64,000 nt of DNA, taken from positions 18,995-82,994 of the IMG/VR virus record IMGVR_UViG_3300024581_001100; one strand, written 5' to 3'. Positions 18,316-27,256 of this stretch are shown one piece after another. Below the pieces are notes generated by a model. It saw nothing but the letters and a program-made list of their open reading frames with translations, ran no database searches and was not told the DNA's origin. Position 1 is the first letter of the stretch. Every line of letters begins with the position of its first letter. The position numbers and the translations under genes were made by a program. Source of the DNA: a virus.

Positions 18316-18616
18316 CGTCTGCTCCTACAAATTCCAAACTTACAAAAGTTCTGTGACCCTCTACCTTCTCTACTCTCTTAAAATCAAAAGTATTGATTAG
18401 AATGTCATGCCCACGAGACCAATAACTAGCTTCTTCTCTACTACAATCATATAATGCGTCTATGTACATTTTGATCGATTCTTTTCTAAGGGAAGACAAA
18501 ATCTCGTCTGGTATCTTCTTCTTCTCATACTCTTTTAACACCCCACTAAGCATGTAAGGGCTAATAGGTAAACCGAAAACTAAAGCACGTTTAATTAACA
18601 TAGGAAGTTCTGACAT
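18308..18616 (-). CDS. hypothetical protein
   Basis: ORF in operon. Confidence 0.65.
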   Translation of the reverse strand: MSELPMLIKRALVFGLPISPYMLSGVLKEYEKKKIPDEILSSLRKESIKMYIDALYDCSREEASYWSRGHDILINTFDFKRVEKVEGHRTFVSLEFVGADDE

Positions 18617-18618
18617 AA

Positions 18619-19587
18619 TTATTCTCCTTTAAAATTATTAAGCTTACCGAGGTAAAAGTTTCTCGCTTTATCAGCAATCTTACTTCCTACTTGTTTCATT
18701 GTCAAGTTATTAGCCTCTAACACATCAGATTCTTCTTTGTGTACATCCTTACTCACCCAACCGATGAAACTGCCAATAGTTTTTTGATCTAACCCTACTT
18801 CTTGTAGTCCTTGTTCTAAACGATTCTCTGTAATTGCATATTCTACAAACTTATTGACAGATTCTACCACTTCAGGGTCAACAGTAGCAAGCTTCTTAAC
18901 TTTAGATACAGAATGTTTTTCCCCTTTAACCTTGAAGACTAAACGCTTGTCTCCAATATAACCCTCCCACACAATACCTTCTCCTATTCCCTCTACTCCG
19001 AAGAACTTACCAACAGGGCAACATTTCTCTACTTCTTCTGTAAATTTAGCCAATTCATTTACAGATGATTCTGGGTCAGAAAAATCAATATCTTTTGCGA
19101 ATGTTTTAAACTCAGTTACACCATAAACAGGTAATTCTTTATACTCATCAGGTCTTAGGTCTAAAGCATAGAGATCTGTAACAGGTAAGTCATTTACTCT
19201 AAACACAACAAACATTTTACCGAGTTCTGTTAATGCAACACCTTTCTGGATGTTACTACCACACCATTCTCCATAGATAATACACTCCTCTTGGTCAAAG
19301 AACTGACAAGTAGACTGCAACAGGTCTAGAAAATAATCCTTATTACTCTCTACAAAGTTAGCAAAACCAAAGTTGTCATCTTCAGGGGTAATAATACGAG
19401 AGCGTGACTGACAGAACATCTCTCCATCTTTAAGACCTATTGCTGCGTTAGTACCGTGAAGCTTTACTGTACCATCGAAAGCAATGGTAGGTAGTGGTAC
19501 ATTATGATAAGAACAATAATCTCTTACCTGTTTAACGATATTACGAAACTGTTCAATCTTACTAAATGCTTTAAATTTGTCTGACAT
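18619..19587 (-). CDS. RNA ligase (Rnl2-like)
   Basis: motif I KLHGTN, QSR, YGEW, EGIV, FKVK. Confidence 0.85.
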   Translation of the reverse strand: MSDKFKAFSKIEQFRNIVKQVRDYCSYHNVPLPTIAFDGTVKLHGTNAAIGLKDGEMFCQSRSRIITPEDDNFGFANFVESNKDYFLDLLQSTCQFFDQEECIIYGEWCGSNIQKGVALTELGKMFVVFRVNDLPVTDLYALDLRPDEYKELPVYGVTEFKTFAKDIDFSDPESSVNELAKFTEEVEKCCPVGKFFGVEGIGEGIVWEGYIGDKRLVFKVKGEKHSVSKVKKLATVDPEVVESVNKFVEYAITENRLEQGLQEVGLDQKTIGSFIGWVSKDVHKEESDVLEANNLTMKQVGSKIADKARNFYLGKLNNFKGE

Positions 19588-19589
19588 AA

Positions 19590-19907
19590 TTATTCTCCTT
19601 TAAGTGATTCCAATTCTGATTCTAACTGTTTGATACGTTCTTGTCTAGCAGTTTCTTCATCTACCAGTTTTAAACGTCCTTGTTCTTTCATCTTAGGGAG
19701 TTCTTTAATTAGCATCTCAATAACCTCTTTACGTGAAGCTTGAGGCTCAAAGAAAGAATATGCCTTACTGTCCCCATACCCTGTATCATACACCGACAGG
19801 CAGATAGATTTTGTACTGGCATTGTAAGACATATTAGCTGTGAAATTCTCATCGCTAAGATTAATACATAGCGCCAGTAATTCTAATACTTGTTTCTTAA
19901 TACTCAT
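19590..19907 (-). CDS. hypothetical protein
   Basis: ORF, GGAG SD. Confidence 0.7.
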   Translation of the reverse strand: MSIKKQVLELLALCINLSDENFTANMSYNASTKSICLSVYDTGYGDSKAYSFFEPQASRKEVIEMLIKELPKMKEQGRLKLVDEETARQERIKQLESELESLKGE

Positions 19908-20181
19908 AAGTGACTCCTTGAAACGTAAATGATTTAACTGTTTGTAAGTTTAGTGTGCGATACTGCTTATCTTGACGATTAGGCCATACAGTCACCATCT
20001 GAGGTTTGTTACTCTCCACGTTATTATGACCCCCGTTTGTGTATTTCTTAACGTCAGTACGACAACCTTTATATTCTCTAAGAGTGCCATCCTTTTTTAT
20101 AAATTTGCATGAAAAGAACTTGCCATTCGTAAATTCCTTGAAATCAGTATTCGTCATATTTTTAAGGTCTGGTTTATTCAT
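19897..20181 (-). CDS. WYL_2/SH3-like barrel protein
   Basis: GKFFS.KFIKKDGT.R...YRTLNL pattern. Confidence 0.55.
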   Translation of the reverse strand: MNKPDLKNMTNTDFKEFTNGKFFSCKFIKKDGTLREYKGCRTDVKKYTNGGHNNVESNKPQMVTVWPNRQDKQYRTLNLQTVKSFTFQGVTYEY

Positions 20182-20183
20182 AA

Positions 20184-20417
20184 TTATTCCTCCCCATCCA
20201 TAACTTCTACTATTTCGTACTCCTCTTTATAGTCATTCCATTTTGTGAGTATGAAACTTTCGTCCTTAAAGTAGTACCAACCTGAACCCATGATAGTATC
20301 TTTTTTACTATTAGAGCATAGTAATTCCGCTTTCTGTAAGGCTTGCTCGTCTGACGCACTGTGTAAAATAATTTGTTCTGCTATAGTTACCATAATCAAT
20401 ATCTCCTCTGTTTCCAT
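20184..20417 (-). CDS. hypothetical protein
   Basis: ORF; upstream promoter TTGACA-N16-TAATAT. Confidence 0.6.
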   Translation of the reverse strand: METEEILIMVTIAEQIILHSASDEQALQKAELLCSNSKKDTIMGSGWYYFKDESFILTKWNDYKEEYEIVEVMDGEE

Positions 20418-20486
20418 AGTGGTAATATTAGCAGGTTCTATTCTTGTGTCAACACTTTTTATAAAATAATTTAGAAAATAATAATC

Positions 20487-20588
20487 CTCTCTGTATGGCT
20501 TTCTAAGAAGAGTTTATTCTAAGGCATACAATCATATCAGTAGATATTAAAAAAGCCCTCAGAACGAGTCTGAGAGCTTTGTGTGAGG
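20487..20588. repeat. dispersed palindromic element, copy C (includes terminator-like hairpin)
   Basis: arm ctctctgtatggctttctaagaagagtt, core acaatcatatca, hairpin aaagccctcag/ctgagagcttt. Confidence 0.7.
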
Positions 20589-20606
20589 TGTTCTTATTGT
20601 TTAATA

Positions 20607-20924
20607 CTATTCATCTTGTTCCTTGCGTAGTTGTTCACTTTTACTGATCCATTTCGCAAAAAGTCGGAATACGTGATTAGCACCGATAGACCATTCCGTT
20701 GAGTCGTTTCCCTCGTACTGATTAGCAACTTCATGAAGCATTTTTGATCTTGATATTTCTAGCGCCTTCACACGCTCATTAGCCTTTACTACTTGTTAGC
20801 GTAGTTGCTCGCAATCAGATTGCAAAAACTTAACATAAGCCTCTCTTTGAATGTCATGCTCTTGCTGCTCAGTTACTATTTTTATCAACTCAGATTTACT
20901 CTGACCTTCTATGTTATTTATCAC
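20607..20924 (-). pseudogene. 105-codon KANER...EQLRKEQ family gene with in-frame TAA at codon 43
   Basis: GGGAG SD + GTG 20924; TAA at 20798-20796; frame continues to TAG 20607; paralogous to 8324-8761. Confidence 0.7.
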
Positions 20925-20988
20925 TATCCATCTCCCGTTAAAGAAGCCCGACAATATCACGACGGGCTTGTGTTACATACCCGACCAG

Positions 20989-21567
20989 TTAGATAATGTC
21001 GTATTTTCTTTCTATCTCTTCAGCGTATAACCCCGAATCAACTGCATAATCCCACGCCTCAGCCTTCGTTATGCGAGGCTTGATGGGCTTTAGGTCGTCA
21101 ATCCTGACTAAGTTATAACCGTCGCCCTCGGTTACTACTAAGATATAACCATCACAATCAGGCTCAGAGACTTTTATATAAGCCTTTTCCTCCAAATAAA
21201 CATGCGTCCACTTCTCGCCCTCTTGCTTAGCCTCTTGCTCTTTTGCGTAGGCTTCGAATTGTTCGCGTGTGCAGACCCTATATGAATCATATGGCATGAG
21301 CGCTGGCGATGATGTCCACTGTCTTTTATTTGGAGAATACCAAAGACATTTGCCTTCAAATCCAGTAACCATCTCCCTATAAGCATCAGCAACGGTTTTT
21401 GTTTGCGTGACAACTTCAAAGTTTTCGTAGTCATGCTCGCCTTTAAAACCCTCCAGAATTAAACCACCAGATACCAAATGCATAACTTTCGCAGTAGCCC
21501 CAGTCTGCATACCCATATGAAAGCCACGAATCCTCTTTACTGTGTCACCAACTTTAATATCACTCAT
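20989..21567 (-). CDS. hypothetical modular protein (IKVGDTV N-terminal module)
   Basis: ORF, GGAG SD. Confidence 0.75.
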   Translation of the reverse strand: MSDIKVGDTVKRIRGFHMGMQTGATAKVMHLVSGGLILEGFKGEHDYENFEVVTQTKTVADAYREMVTGFEGKCLWYSPNKRQWTSSPALMPYDSYRVCTREQFEAYAKEQEAKQEGEKWTHVYLEEKAYIKVSEPDCDGYILVVTEGDGYNLVRIDDLKPIKPRITKAEAWDYAVDSGLYAEEIERKYDII

Positions 21568-21743
21568 AACTCTTCTCCCAATTTAGGCGCAAACCACGCC
21601 ATTAATAAACTAATACATCCGACCAATGTTTCTGATGCTTGAAATGTGAACCCTGCAAGCAGTACAAAGCAAATAACGAATGAAGCTTTTGCGATGTATT
21701 GCCAGTTTATGATTCGGTCGTCTTGTGGGTTGTAGGCTTTCAT
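21564..21743 (-). CDS. small membrane protein
   Basis: two hydrophobic segments; ATG 21743 coupled to the upstream stop. Confidence 0.65.
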   Translation of the reverse strand: MKAYNPQDDRIINWQYIAKASFVICFVLLAGFTFQASETLVGCISLLMAWFAPKLGEEL

Positions 21744-21892
21744 AGCTCCGCGACCTTGAAGCAATAAAGAGATTTATATAAGTGTCCACATGGCATTAAA
21801 ACCTCGTACCTTTGCCGCTTTCTGTTGTAAATAAAGTCAGCCTTAACACCTTTCGACTTTGCTTTAGATTTAACTTCGCTTAATGTCACCAT
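21740..21892 (-). CDS. small basic protein (50 aa, not in ORF track)
   Basis: MVTLSEVKSKAKSKG...; TAATG coupling with upstream gene. Confidence 0.55.
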   Translation of the reverse strand: MVTLSEVKSKAKSKGVKADFIYNRKRQRYEVLMPCGHLYKSLYCFKVAEL

Positions 21893-22206
21893 TACTCACC
21901 CCTTGCTTCAGATAGTAGTTTTCTCTTGTTTTCTATACGTGACTGAATACCTTGCAACTCATAGCTACCTATTACGTATTTCTTGGCCAATCTTTCTAGC
22001 CACTCAATATCTCTTCCAATCTCCTTATACATTTTCGGCGCTGCGGCGATTAGGTGGGCGTTAGCCTTCAACTCTTCTAAGTCTGCACCGTAATCGCCGT
22101 TTCCATTAATATTAAAATCAAACTGATTAACACCTTTATTGTTCAGTGCGTAAACAAAAGTATCATCCACAATCTCAAATTCAAACTTAGTAAACTTCTC
22201 TTTCAC
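21892..22206 (-). CDS. hypothetical protein (ANAHLIAAAP family)
   Basis: ANAxLIAAAP motif; promoter TTGACT-N16-TATAGT 22264-22237. Confidence 0.75.
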   Translation of the reverse strand: MKEKFTKFEFEIVDDTFVYALNNKGVNQFDFNINGNGDYGADLEELKANAHLIAAAPKMYKEIGRDIEWLERLAKKYVIGSYELQGIQSRIENKRKLLSEARGE

Positions 22207-22404
22207 TCTCCCTCTCCCGTTTGTTTGTATACCTTAACTATACTACATTAAAAACCACAGTCAAGCGTTTATTTAAAAATATTTTGAAGTCCTACCCAAT
22301 ACACAATAAGCAAGCTGTAAAGGATCACTGTAACTACAATACCTAAGACAAACCCTTTATACCAACCCCTACGATAGCCTTTCCAATAATGTGTCATAAT
22401 TTAA

Positions 22405-22647
22405 TCACATCCCTGTTTGTGAGTAATCTTGGTTACGTAGGTATTTGTCAACTTGTTCTTGTTCGTAGGCTTCTATTAGGAGAGTCCTAGCTGCTTCGTT
22501 AAAAAACTCTCTATACTCTGAAGCGTCTGGAATATAGCTTTGCTCCGCCATATAATCATAAACTTCATCTTGTTTAACTAACAACCCGCCATCATCACCT
22601 TCCCACAACCTATCAACTGCTTCATTTAACTCTTTTTCGTTAATCAT
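22405..22647 (-). CDS. acidic hypothetical protein
   Basis: AGGAGG SD before ATG 22647. Confidence 0.7.
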   Translation of the reverse strand: MINEKELNEAVDRLWEGDDGGLLVKQDEVYDYMAEQSYIPDASEYREFFNEAARTLLIEAYEQEQVDKYLRNQDYSQTGM

Positions 22648-22743
22648 AACCCCTCCTAATCCTCTCTGTATGACTCTGTGACAAGAGTTCTCTGTAAAAG
22701 AATACCATTGTATACCTTGATACAAAGAACTCCTTAAAATGGC

Positions 22744-23277
22744 TTACAGGAGCTTATTTAACTCTTCCTGCATCTTAGTAATACCTTCTTCAAGTTCCTT
22801 GATACGGAGTTGTTCTTTCGTAAGGACTTCTTCTCGTTCCCATACAAGAGTACCTTTATCGTTTAGAGACACATAATCCTTATTAGAAACTGGCTGATAT
22901 ACCTCAACAACATCTGCCTTATCGAAGTTCCTATGGGTTAAATCATCACATAAACTGCAAAGAGGAAACCATGTATCTCCTGCTACAATATCACCATTAT
23001 TAGTACTTAGTAACACTCTAGCAATATCACCGCTACGAAGTTTCACAACCATACCTGTTTTTAGGTCTGATTTTGCGAAGGGTTGTATTAATTTTTTACA
23101 CTTACGAGCTACGTGTTGAAGGTTATAACCCTCTATTGTTAAATAGAATCCTGATTCAATATCTAGGACAACACCTTTATCTCCTACAACCATATTTCCA
23201 TTATAACCTTCAACACGTTCCACTGTATCACCCACTTTAATCTCATCACCATTAATATCTTTAGCTGTTACTGTCAT
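22744..23277 (-). CDS. hypothetical modular protein (IKVGDTV module + KSDLKTGMVV module)
   Basis: ORF, AGGAG SD. Confidence 0.75.
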   Translation of the reverse strand: MTVTAKDINGDEIKVGDTVERVEGYNGNMVVGDKGVVLDIESGFYLTIEGYNLQHVARKCKKLIQPFAKSDLKTGMVVKLRSGDIARVLLSTNNGDIVAGDTWFPLCSLCDDLTHRNFDKADVVEVYQPVSNKDYVSLNDKGTLVWEREEVLTKEQLRIKELEEGITKMQEELNKLL

Positions 23278-23290
23278 TGTTGTTTTCTCC

Positions 23291-23479
23291 TTAGCCTACA
23301 CTATTAAGTATTTGTACGTCATCCATAGCTATAGGGCGCATATCATCGTAGTTATCGTAATATCCTCCTAGAATGTTGTTCACTACCACTCTTTCTCCAT
23401 AAGAAAGTTTCGCCATTTCTTTCAGAACCATTTCTCTAAAAGATATTACTGTTTCTAAATCTAATTTACTCACAATCAT
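23291..23479 (-). CDS. hypothetical protein
   Basis: GAGGAG SD; promoter TTGACA-N16-TATACT 23531-23504. Confidence 0.65.
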   Translation of the reverse strand: MIVSKLDLETVISFREMVLKEMAKLSYGERVVVNNILGGYYDNYDDMRPIAMDDVQILNSVG

Positions 23480-23550
23480 TCTCCTCTTTGATTTGATATA
23501 GTCAGTATACGTTATGTAGGATGGTTGTCAAGGGATTATTTTAATTTATT

Positions 23551-24087
23551 TTACCAAGTTATTTTATCGTCCCAAGGGAAAGTGAAACCAATTCCTGTGT
23601 CACCATACCTGTAGTCTGATTCGTCCCAGTTACCTTTAGTGGTATTACATTCCTGACAAAGTACCTGTAAATTATTTATATCTAAAGCGAGTTCAGGGTA
23701 CTTAGATTTAGGTTTAATATGGTCAATATGGTTAGATTTACTTTCATACCCACAACACATACAAGCGTATCCATAATCAGTAAACACTTCCTCTCTTAAA
23801 AGTCTCCACTGGTCTGTGTTATAAAACTTACTGCTTAGTACGACTTCAAGTGACATATCTTTATTACCTACATACAAAGTATAATATAGGTGGTAGATAG
23901 CCTTATTATTTTCCCACTTGTATACATCTCTTATATCATAACTATTCCAAAGGATATGCTTACATTTTCTAGACAGTTCTTTAGTAGAAGCAGAAGGTTT
24001 ACCTATAAATCTCTTAGATAAAGTACGTCTAACTTTACCTGTAACAAGATTTTTATAAGATACTTTAGTATTTCTGTGTTTCTTCAT
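23551..24087 (-). CDS. HNH endonuclease (start probably ATG 24087)
   Basis: FYNTDQWRLLR...CMCC...HIDHIKP..YPELAL...NLQVLCQECN..K; GAGGT SD before ATG 24087. Confidence 0.85.
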   Translation of the reverse strand: MKKHRNTKVSYKNLVTGKVRRTLSKRFIGKPSASTKELSRKCKHILWNSYDIRDVYKWENNKAIYHLYYTLYVGNKDMSLEVVLSSKFYNTDQWRLLREEVFTDYGYACMCCGYESKSNHIDHIKPKSKYPELALDINNLQVLCQECNTTKGNWDESDYRYGDTGIGFTFPWDDKITW

Positions 24088-24414
24088 GACAAACCTCACT
24101 GACAAGTAAATATTAAAAGGTACAATCCTATCACTTAACTTTGACTTAAGTGATAAAGGACTCTTTAAAAGAATACTCTTTATAAAAGATCTTTTATTGC
24201 AAAGCAATAAGATTATATCTTTTAATATTATCTTCTTAGATTCAAATTCTTTAGACGTGACTTCCCTATCCCACAACCTAACTAAATAGGAAACCTTTGC
24301 CAAGGTTTTACGGGGATAGGGCGTTGAAAGTCACATCTAAAAAACTAAACCTAATAGATAATAAATATTATCTTCTTGAGTTCAATACCCTTTTAGTTTC
24401 CATCTCTCTATTTG

Positions 24415-24600
24415 TATGAGAGCCTTGTTAGGAACAACCTTAGTATCATAGGTTGAACGGAGATTGCTTCTCATAGTCTAATACACGACTACAGGCTATT
24501 CGCACCCAATCTCATAAAGTATGTTGGGGTAATACGATGACTACCCCACAGGGACTTTATCTTCCCTAGTGCTAGTGGCTTTTGCTGTCTAACCACAATA
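24415..24600. ncRNA. candidate structured non-coding RNA or structured DNA element
   Basis: nested stems gagattg/caatctc, ataaagt/actttat, tggggta/tacccca, caacct/aggttg, tagtc/gacta in an ORF-free gap. Confidence 0.4.
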
Positions 24601-24656
24601 AGACGTATACGGACAGGAATTACCCACATATACGAATGTATACTTACATTATTACA

Positions 24657-24902
24657 TTAAATCTTGCTGATGTCAATAGTATATTTCATTTCAGCAGCAA
24701 TCATGATCTCTAAAAGTTTCTCTAAACTAGTGCTACTATCTTGTTGTAGGCACTGATACAGATAAGTCTCCCTTACATCCATCTTTCTAGCAAGGTCGTA
24801 TACTTTTAGGTCATTATCTTTGAGGTGCTGTTTAATAGCAGACGCTAATTCGTTTCTCAAAGGAGTGAATATGCTCTTACCTTTCTTTCTCATTTCTCTC
24901 AT
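24657..24902 (-). CDS. XRE-like HTH protein
   Basis: LKVYDLARKMDVRETYLYQ...SLEKL; promoter TTGACA-N17-TATACT upstream. Confidence 0.75.
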   Translation of the reverse strand: MREMRKKGKSIFTPLRNELASAIKQHLKDNDLKVYDLARKMDVRETYLYQCLQQDSSTSLEKLLEIMIAAEMKYTIDISKI

Positions 24903-25002
24903 ACCTCTAATTATAGTATAACATGGGGATGGTTATTTGTCAAGAAGTTTTTTAAGTAATAGTATAATCTTTACTTTTAAGTAATACTTTTTAACTTACT
25001 CT

Positions 25003-25182
25003 TTACAACTTCTCTTTATCACACACTATCACCACTCTATCGTCTATCACAAAGTCATACACTTTAGAGAGGAATAATATGTGATGGAATAACTCTAACT
25101 GATCATAGTGTTCGCTGTCAAGAAAATCTTTCAACAAAGTACCAGTTTCTGAGGTGTTATTTATTATTTTAAATAATTTCAT
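25003..25182 (-). CDS. hypothetical protein
   Basis: ORF; ATG 25182 avoids the divergent promoter. Confidence 0.5.
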   Translation of the reverse strand: MKLFKIINNTSETGTLLKDFLDSEHYDQLELFHHILFLSKVYDFVIDDRVVIVCDKEKL

Positions 25183-25200
25183 TTTATTTCCATTTTGTTG

Positions 25201-25229
25201 TTGACTTTTGTTCAGCCTACAATTATAGT
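25201..25229 (+). promoter_or_regulatory. sigma70-type promoter at the strand switch
   Basis: TTGACT-N17-TATAGT. Confidence 0.65.
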
Positions 25230-25295
25230 ATACCACAGAAATTGAGAAACACCAGACGTAGGGATGGCTAAACGAGTTAAATAGGAGAAATAATT

Positions 25296-25565
25296 ATGTA
25301 TCTAGTATCAACAAACAAAACAGTAGACGGTTTCACAGGTTATTATGTAAAAAGTTTTTATCACTTACAAAGACAACTGGCAGGAAATCCTTTCACTCTA
25401 GATGAACAATTAAGAGTTAATGGAGATTACAAGAAAGCAGTTAAGGTGGAAGAGGATACCTTTGGACGTATTACAGCGGATGTGTATTTTATTGATTCTT
25501 ATGGCGATAAAGAGGTTAGCAGGTTCTACCTTTTAAAAATTTCTATGTTAGGAGAGGGAATGTAG
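25296..25565 (+). CDS. hypothetical protein
   Basis: AGGAG SD. Confidence 0.7.
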   Translation: MYLVSTNKTVDGFTGYYVKSFYHLQRQLAGNPFTLDEQLRVNGDYKKAVKVEEDTFGRITADVYFIDSYGDKEVSRFYLLKISMLGEGM

Positions 25566-25574
25566 CCATTAAAG

Positions 25575-25665
25575 CTCCTGTAAGCCTCTACAAGAAGACT
25601 TATAGGCTTACCCTATACAATCGTACTACTTAAAACAAAGTCTCCTTAGAGAGCGTTACAGAGAG
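25575..25665. repeat. dispersed palindromic element, copy D
   Basis: arm ctcctgtaagcctctacaagaagactt, core acaatcgtacta, inverted arm aagtctccttagagagcgttacagagag. Confidence 0.8.
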
Positions 25666-25671
25666 GATTAT

Positions 25672-26172
25672 ATGAACTTATTCGTCACAAACAAATGCCC
25701 TATTATCTCTGCACAAGAACATAATTCTGTCCACTTACGTAAGATGATCGTTGAAGTGGCACAAATGTTATCTACGGCACACCATGAACTTGATGGAGAG
25801 CATATTGGATACAAACCTACACATAAGAATCACCCTTGCAGTATTTGGATTCGCAGAAGTGATAGTAATTACACTTGGGCTTACCAACATCTAGAAGCTT
25901 TATGTAAGGAATACACACTACGTACAGGTAAAGTGCATAAAACAGAATCTTTACTTGACAAAGCCTCAAAGTTGCCTAATAATATACCAAGTAAGCCGTT
26001 ATCTACATTCGCTATGGCAATGCCTGATGAATTCAAGAAGTATGGCATATTCGATCAGACAGTAGCTTACCAGAAATATTTATGTGAAAAGTTTAAAGAA
26101 TGGCTTGACAGAGATAAACCTATTGCAGTAGAGTGGGGTAATCGTCAAGTACCAACATGGGTTAATATTTAA
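25672..26172 (+). CDS. pyrimidine-dimer DNA glycosylase-like protein (DenV-related family)
   Basis: MNLF..., KMIVEVAQMLSTAH, YKPTHKNHPC..W, NY.W....ALC.EY..R..K.H. Confidence 0.75.
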   Translation: MNLFVTNKCPIISAQEHNSVHLRKMIVEVAQMLSTAHHELDGEHIGYKPTHKNHPCSIWIRRSDSNYTWAYQHLEALCKEYTLRTGKVHKTESLLDKASKLPNNIPSKPLSTFAMAMPDEFKKYGIFDQTVAYQKYLCEKFKEWLDRDKPIAVEWGNRQVPTWVNI

Positions 26173-26183
26173 GGAGAATAATT

Positions 26184-26564
26184 ATGGGGGTGTATACAGA
26201 GATTTATGTAAATGTAGATTTAAAAAAGGATACACCTGAAGAGGTTATAGAGGTGTTATCTGCCATGTGCTTCCCTGACTGCTTACAAAACAAGTTAGAG
26301 GGTTTTCCTGTAAGATGGGCTTACCTTTTTGGCAATGGTAGTTACTATACACCAAACACTTCAGCCCGTTATCTTAGATATGACGATATATCTAAACAGT
26401 ACTCCCTTCTCGGCAAAGGGGATATAAAGAATTATCAAGGTGAAATAGAAGAATTTTTTGAATGGCTGATGCCTTATATTGACTCAAGTGAAGGTGATTT
26501 TATCGGGTATAGTCGTTATGAAGAAGATGATGTACCAACACTTTATTTTAAGAAAGGAGAATAA
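26184..26564 (+). CDS. conserved hypothetical protein
   Basis: AAGGAG SD. Confidence 0.75.
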   Translation: MGVYTEIYVNVDLKKDTPEEVIEVLSAMCFPDCLQNKLEGFPVRWAYLFGNGSYYTPNTSARYLRYDDISKQYSLLGKGDIKNYQGEIEEFFEWLMPYIDSSEGDFIGYSRYEEDDVPTLYFKKGE

Positions 26565-26566
26565 TT

Positions 26567-26851
26567 ATGAATAACTTCCAAAAAGAAACACTATACGATG
26601 CACGTAAGAAAAATACATTGGTTGCCTATTTGTTAGGAGGATTCTTTGCAGTAATAGGGGCACACCACTTGTACCTAGACCGATATGAACATGCAGTAGG
26701 GTATATTGCTGTATTTATACTGACTATGATTTTTTCACCATTCGTAATCGTATATTTTATTATGTGTGTTATTGATTTATGCTTGACATGGAAGTATGTT
26801 AAAGAGTACAATACGAATGTACGTAATCAGATTGAAATGATGGAGGATTAA
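26567..26851 (+). CDS. TM2/NINE domain membrane protein
   Basis: AYLLGGFF..IGAHHLYLDR motif, two TM helices. Confidence 0.8.
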   Translation: MNNFQKETLYDARKKNTLVAYLLGGFFAVIGAHHLYLDRYEHAVGYIAVFILTMIFSPFVIVYFIMCVIDLCLTWKYVKEYNTNVRNQIEMMED

Positions 26852-26852
26852 T

Positions 26853-27065
26853 ATGAAACTGCCAAACAGAGTTTACCATTACTTAGGGTTTTATATTGCA
26901 ATTGTATGTTTTGTATTGGCTGCTTACAACTACGAAGAAACTATGTACAGTGCTTTACTAGGAGCAGCTTGTGCATTTAATTTTGTGGCAGCAGTAGTAC
27001 ATTGTAATCGTGATAATATTAACTTCTTGTACAAAGAGATTCGTAAGGAGAAAGAAGATGACTAA
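26853..27065 (+). CDS. small membrane protein
   Basis: two hydrophobic helices. Confidence 0.65.
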   Translation: MKLPNRVYHYLGFYIAIVCFVLAAYNYEETMYSALLGAACAFNFVAAVVHCNRDNINFLYKEIRKEKEDD

Positions 27066-27255
27066 ACAAGAATTAGAGTTTAAAATCGTCTCTGTAAAGC
27101 GTTCTATCGCTACAAAGAAGGAAGAGTTACAAGAGGAGCAGAATTACTTAAAGTCTCTTGAGAAAGCGTTACAGGAGCAATTACGAGGGGATCAGATAGA
27201 TATGTTTGATAACTGGAAAGAACTTGGTATTTATGATGAAGTGGTTGGAGGTTAA
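27058..27255 (+). CDS. coiled-coil hypothetical protein
   Basis: AAGGAG SD before ATG 27058. Confidence 0.65.
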   Translation: MTKQELEFKIVSVKRSIATKKEELQEEQNYLKSLEKALQEQLRGDQIDMFDNWKELGIYDEVVGG

Positions 27256-27256
27256 T

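Noticed and set aside
20805-20996. 63-aa + strand ORF
   Set aside because: Antisense to the pseudogene and runs across a terminator hairpin; no SD.
23551-24656. IscB/Cas9-like OMEGA system
   Set aside because: The 178-aa protein shows only an HNH domain, with no RuvC or PLMP motifs; the RNA-partner idea is kept only as a hypothesis.
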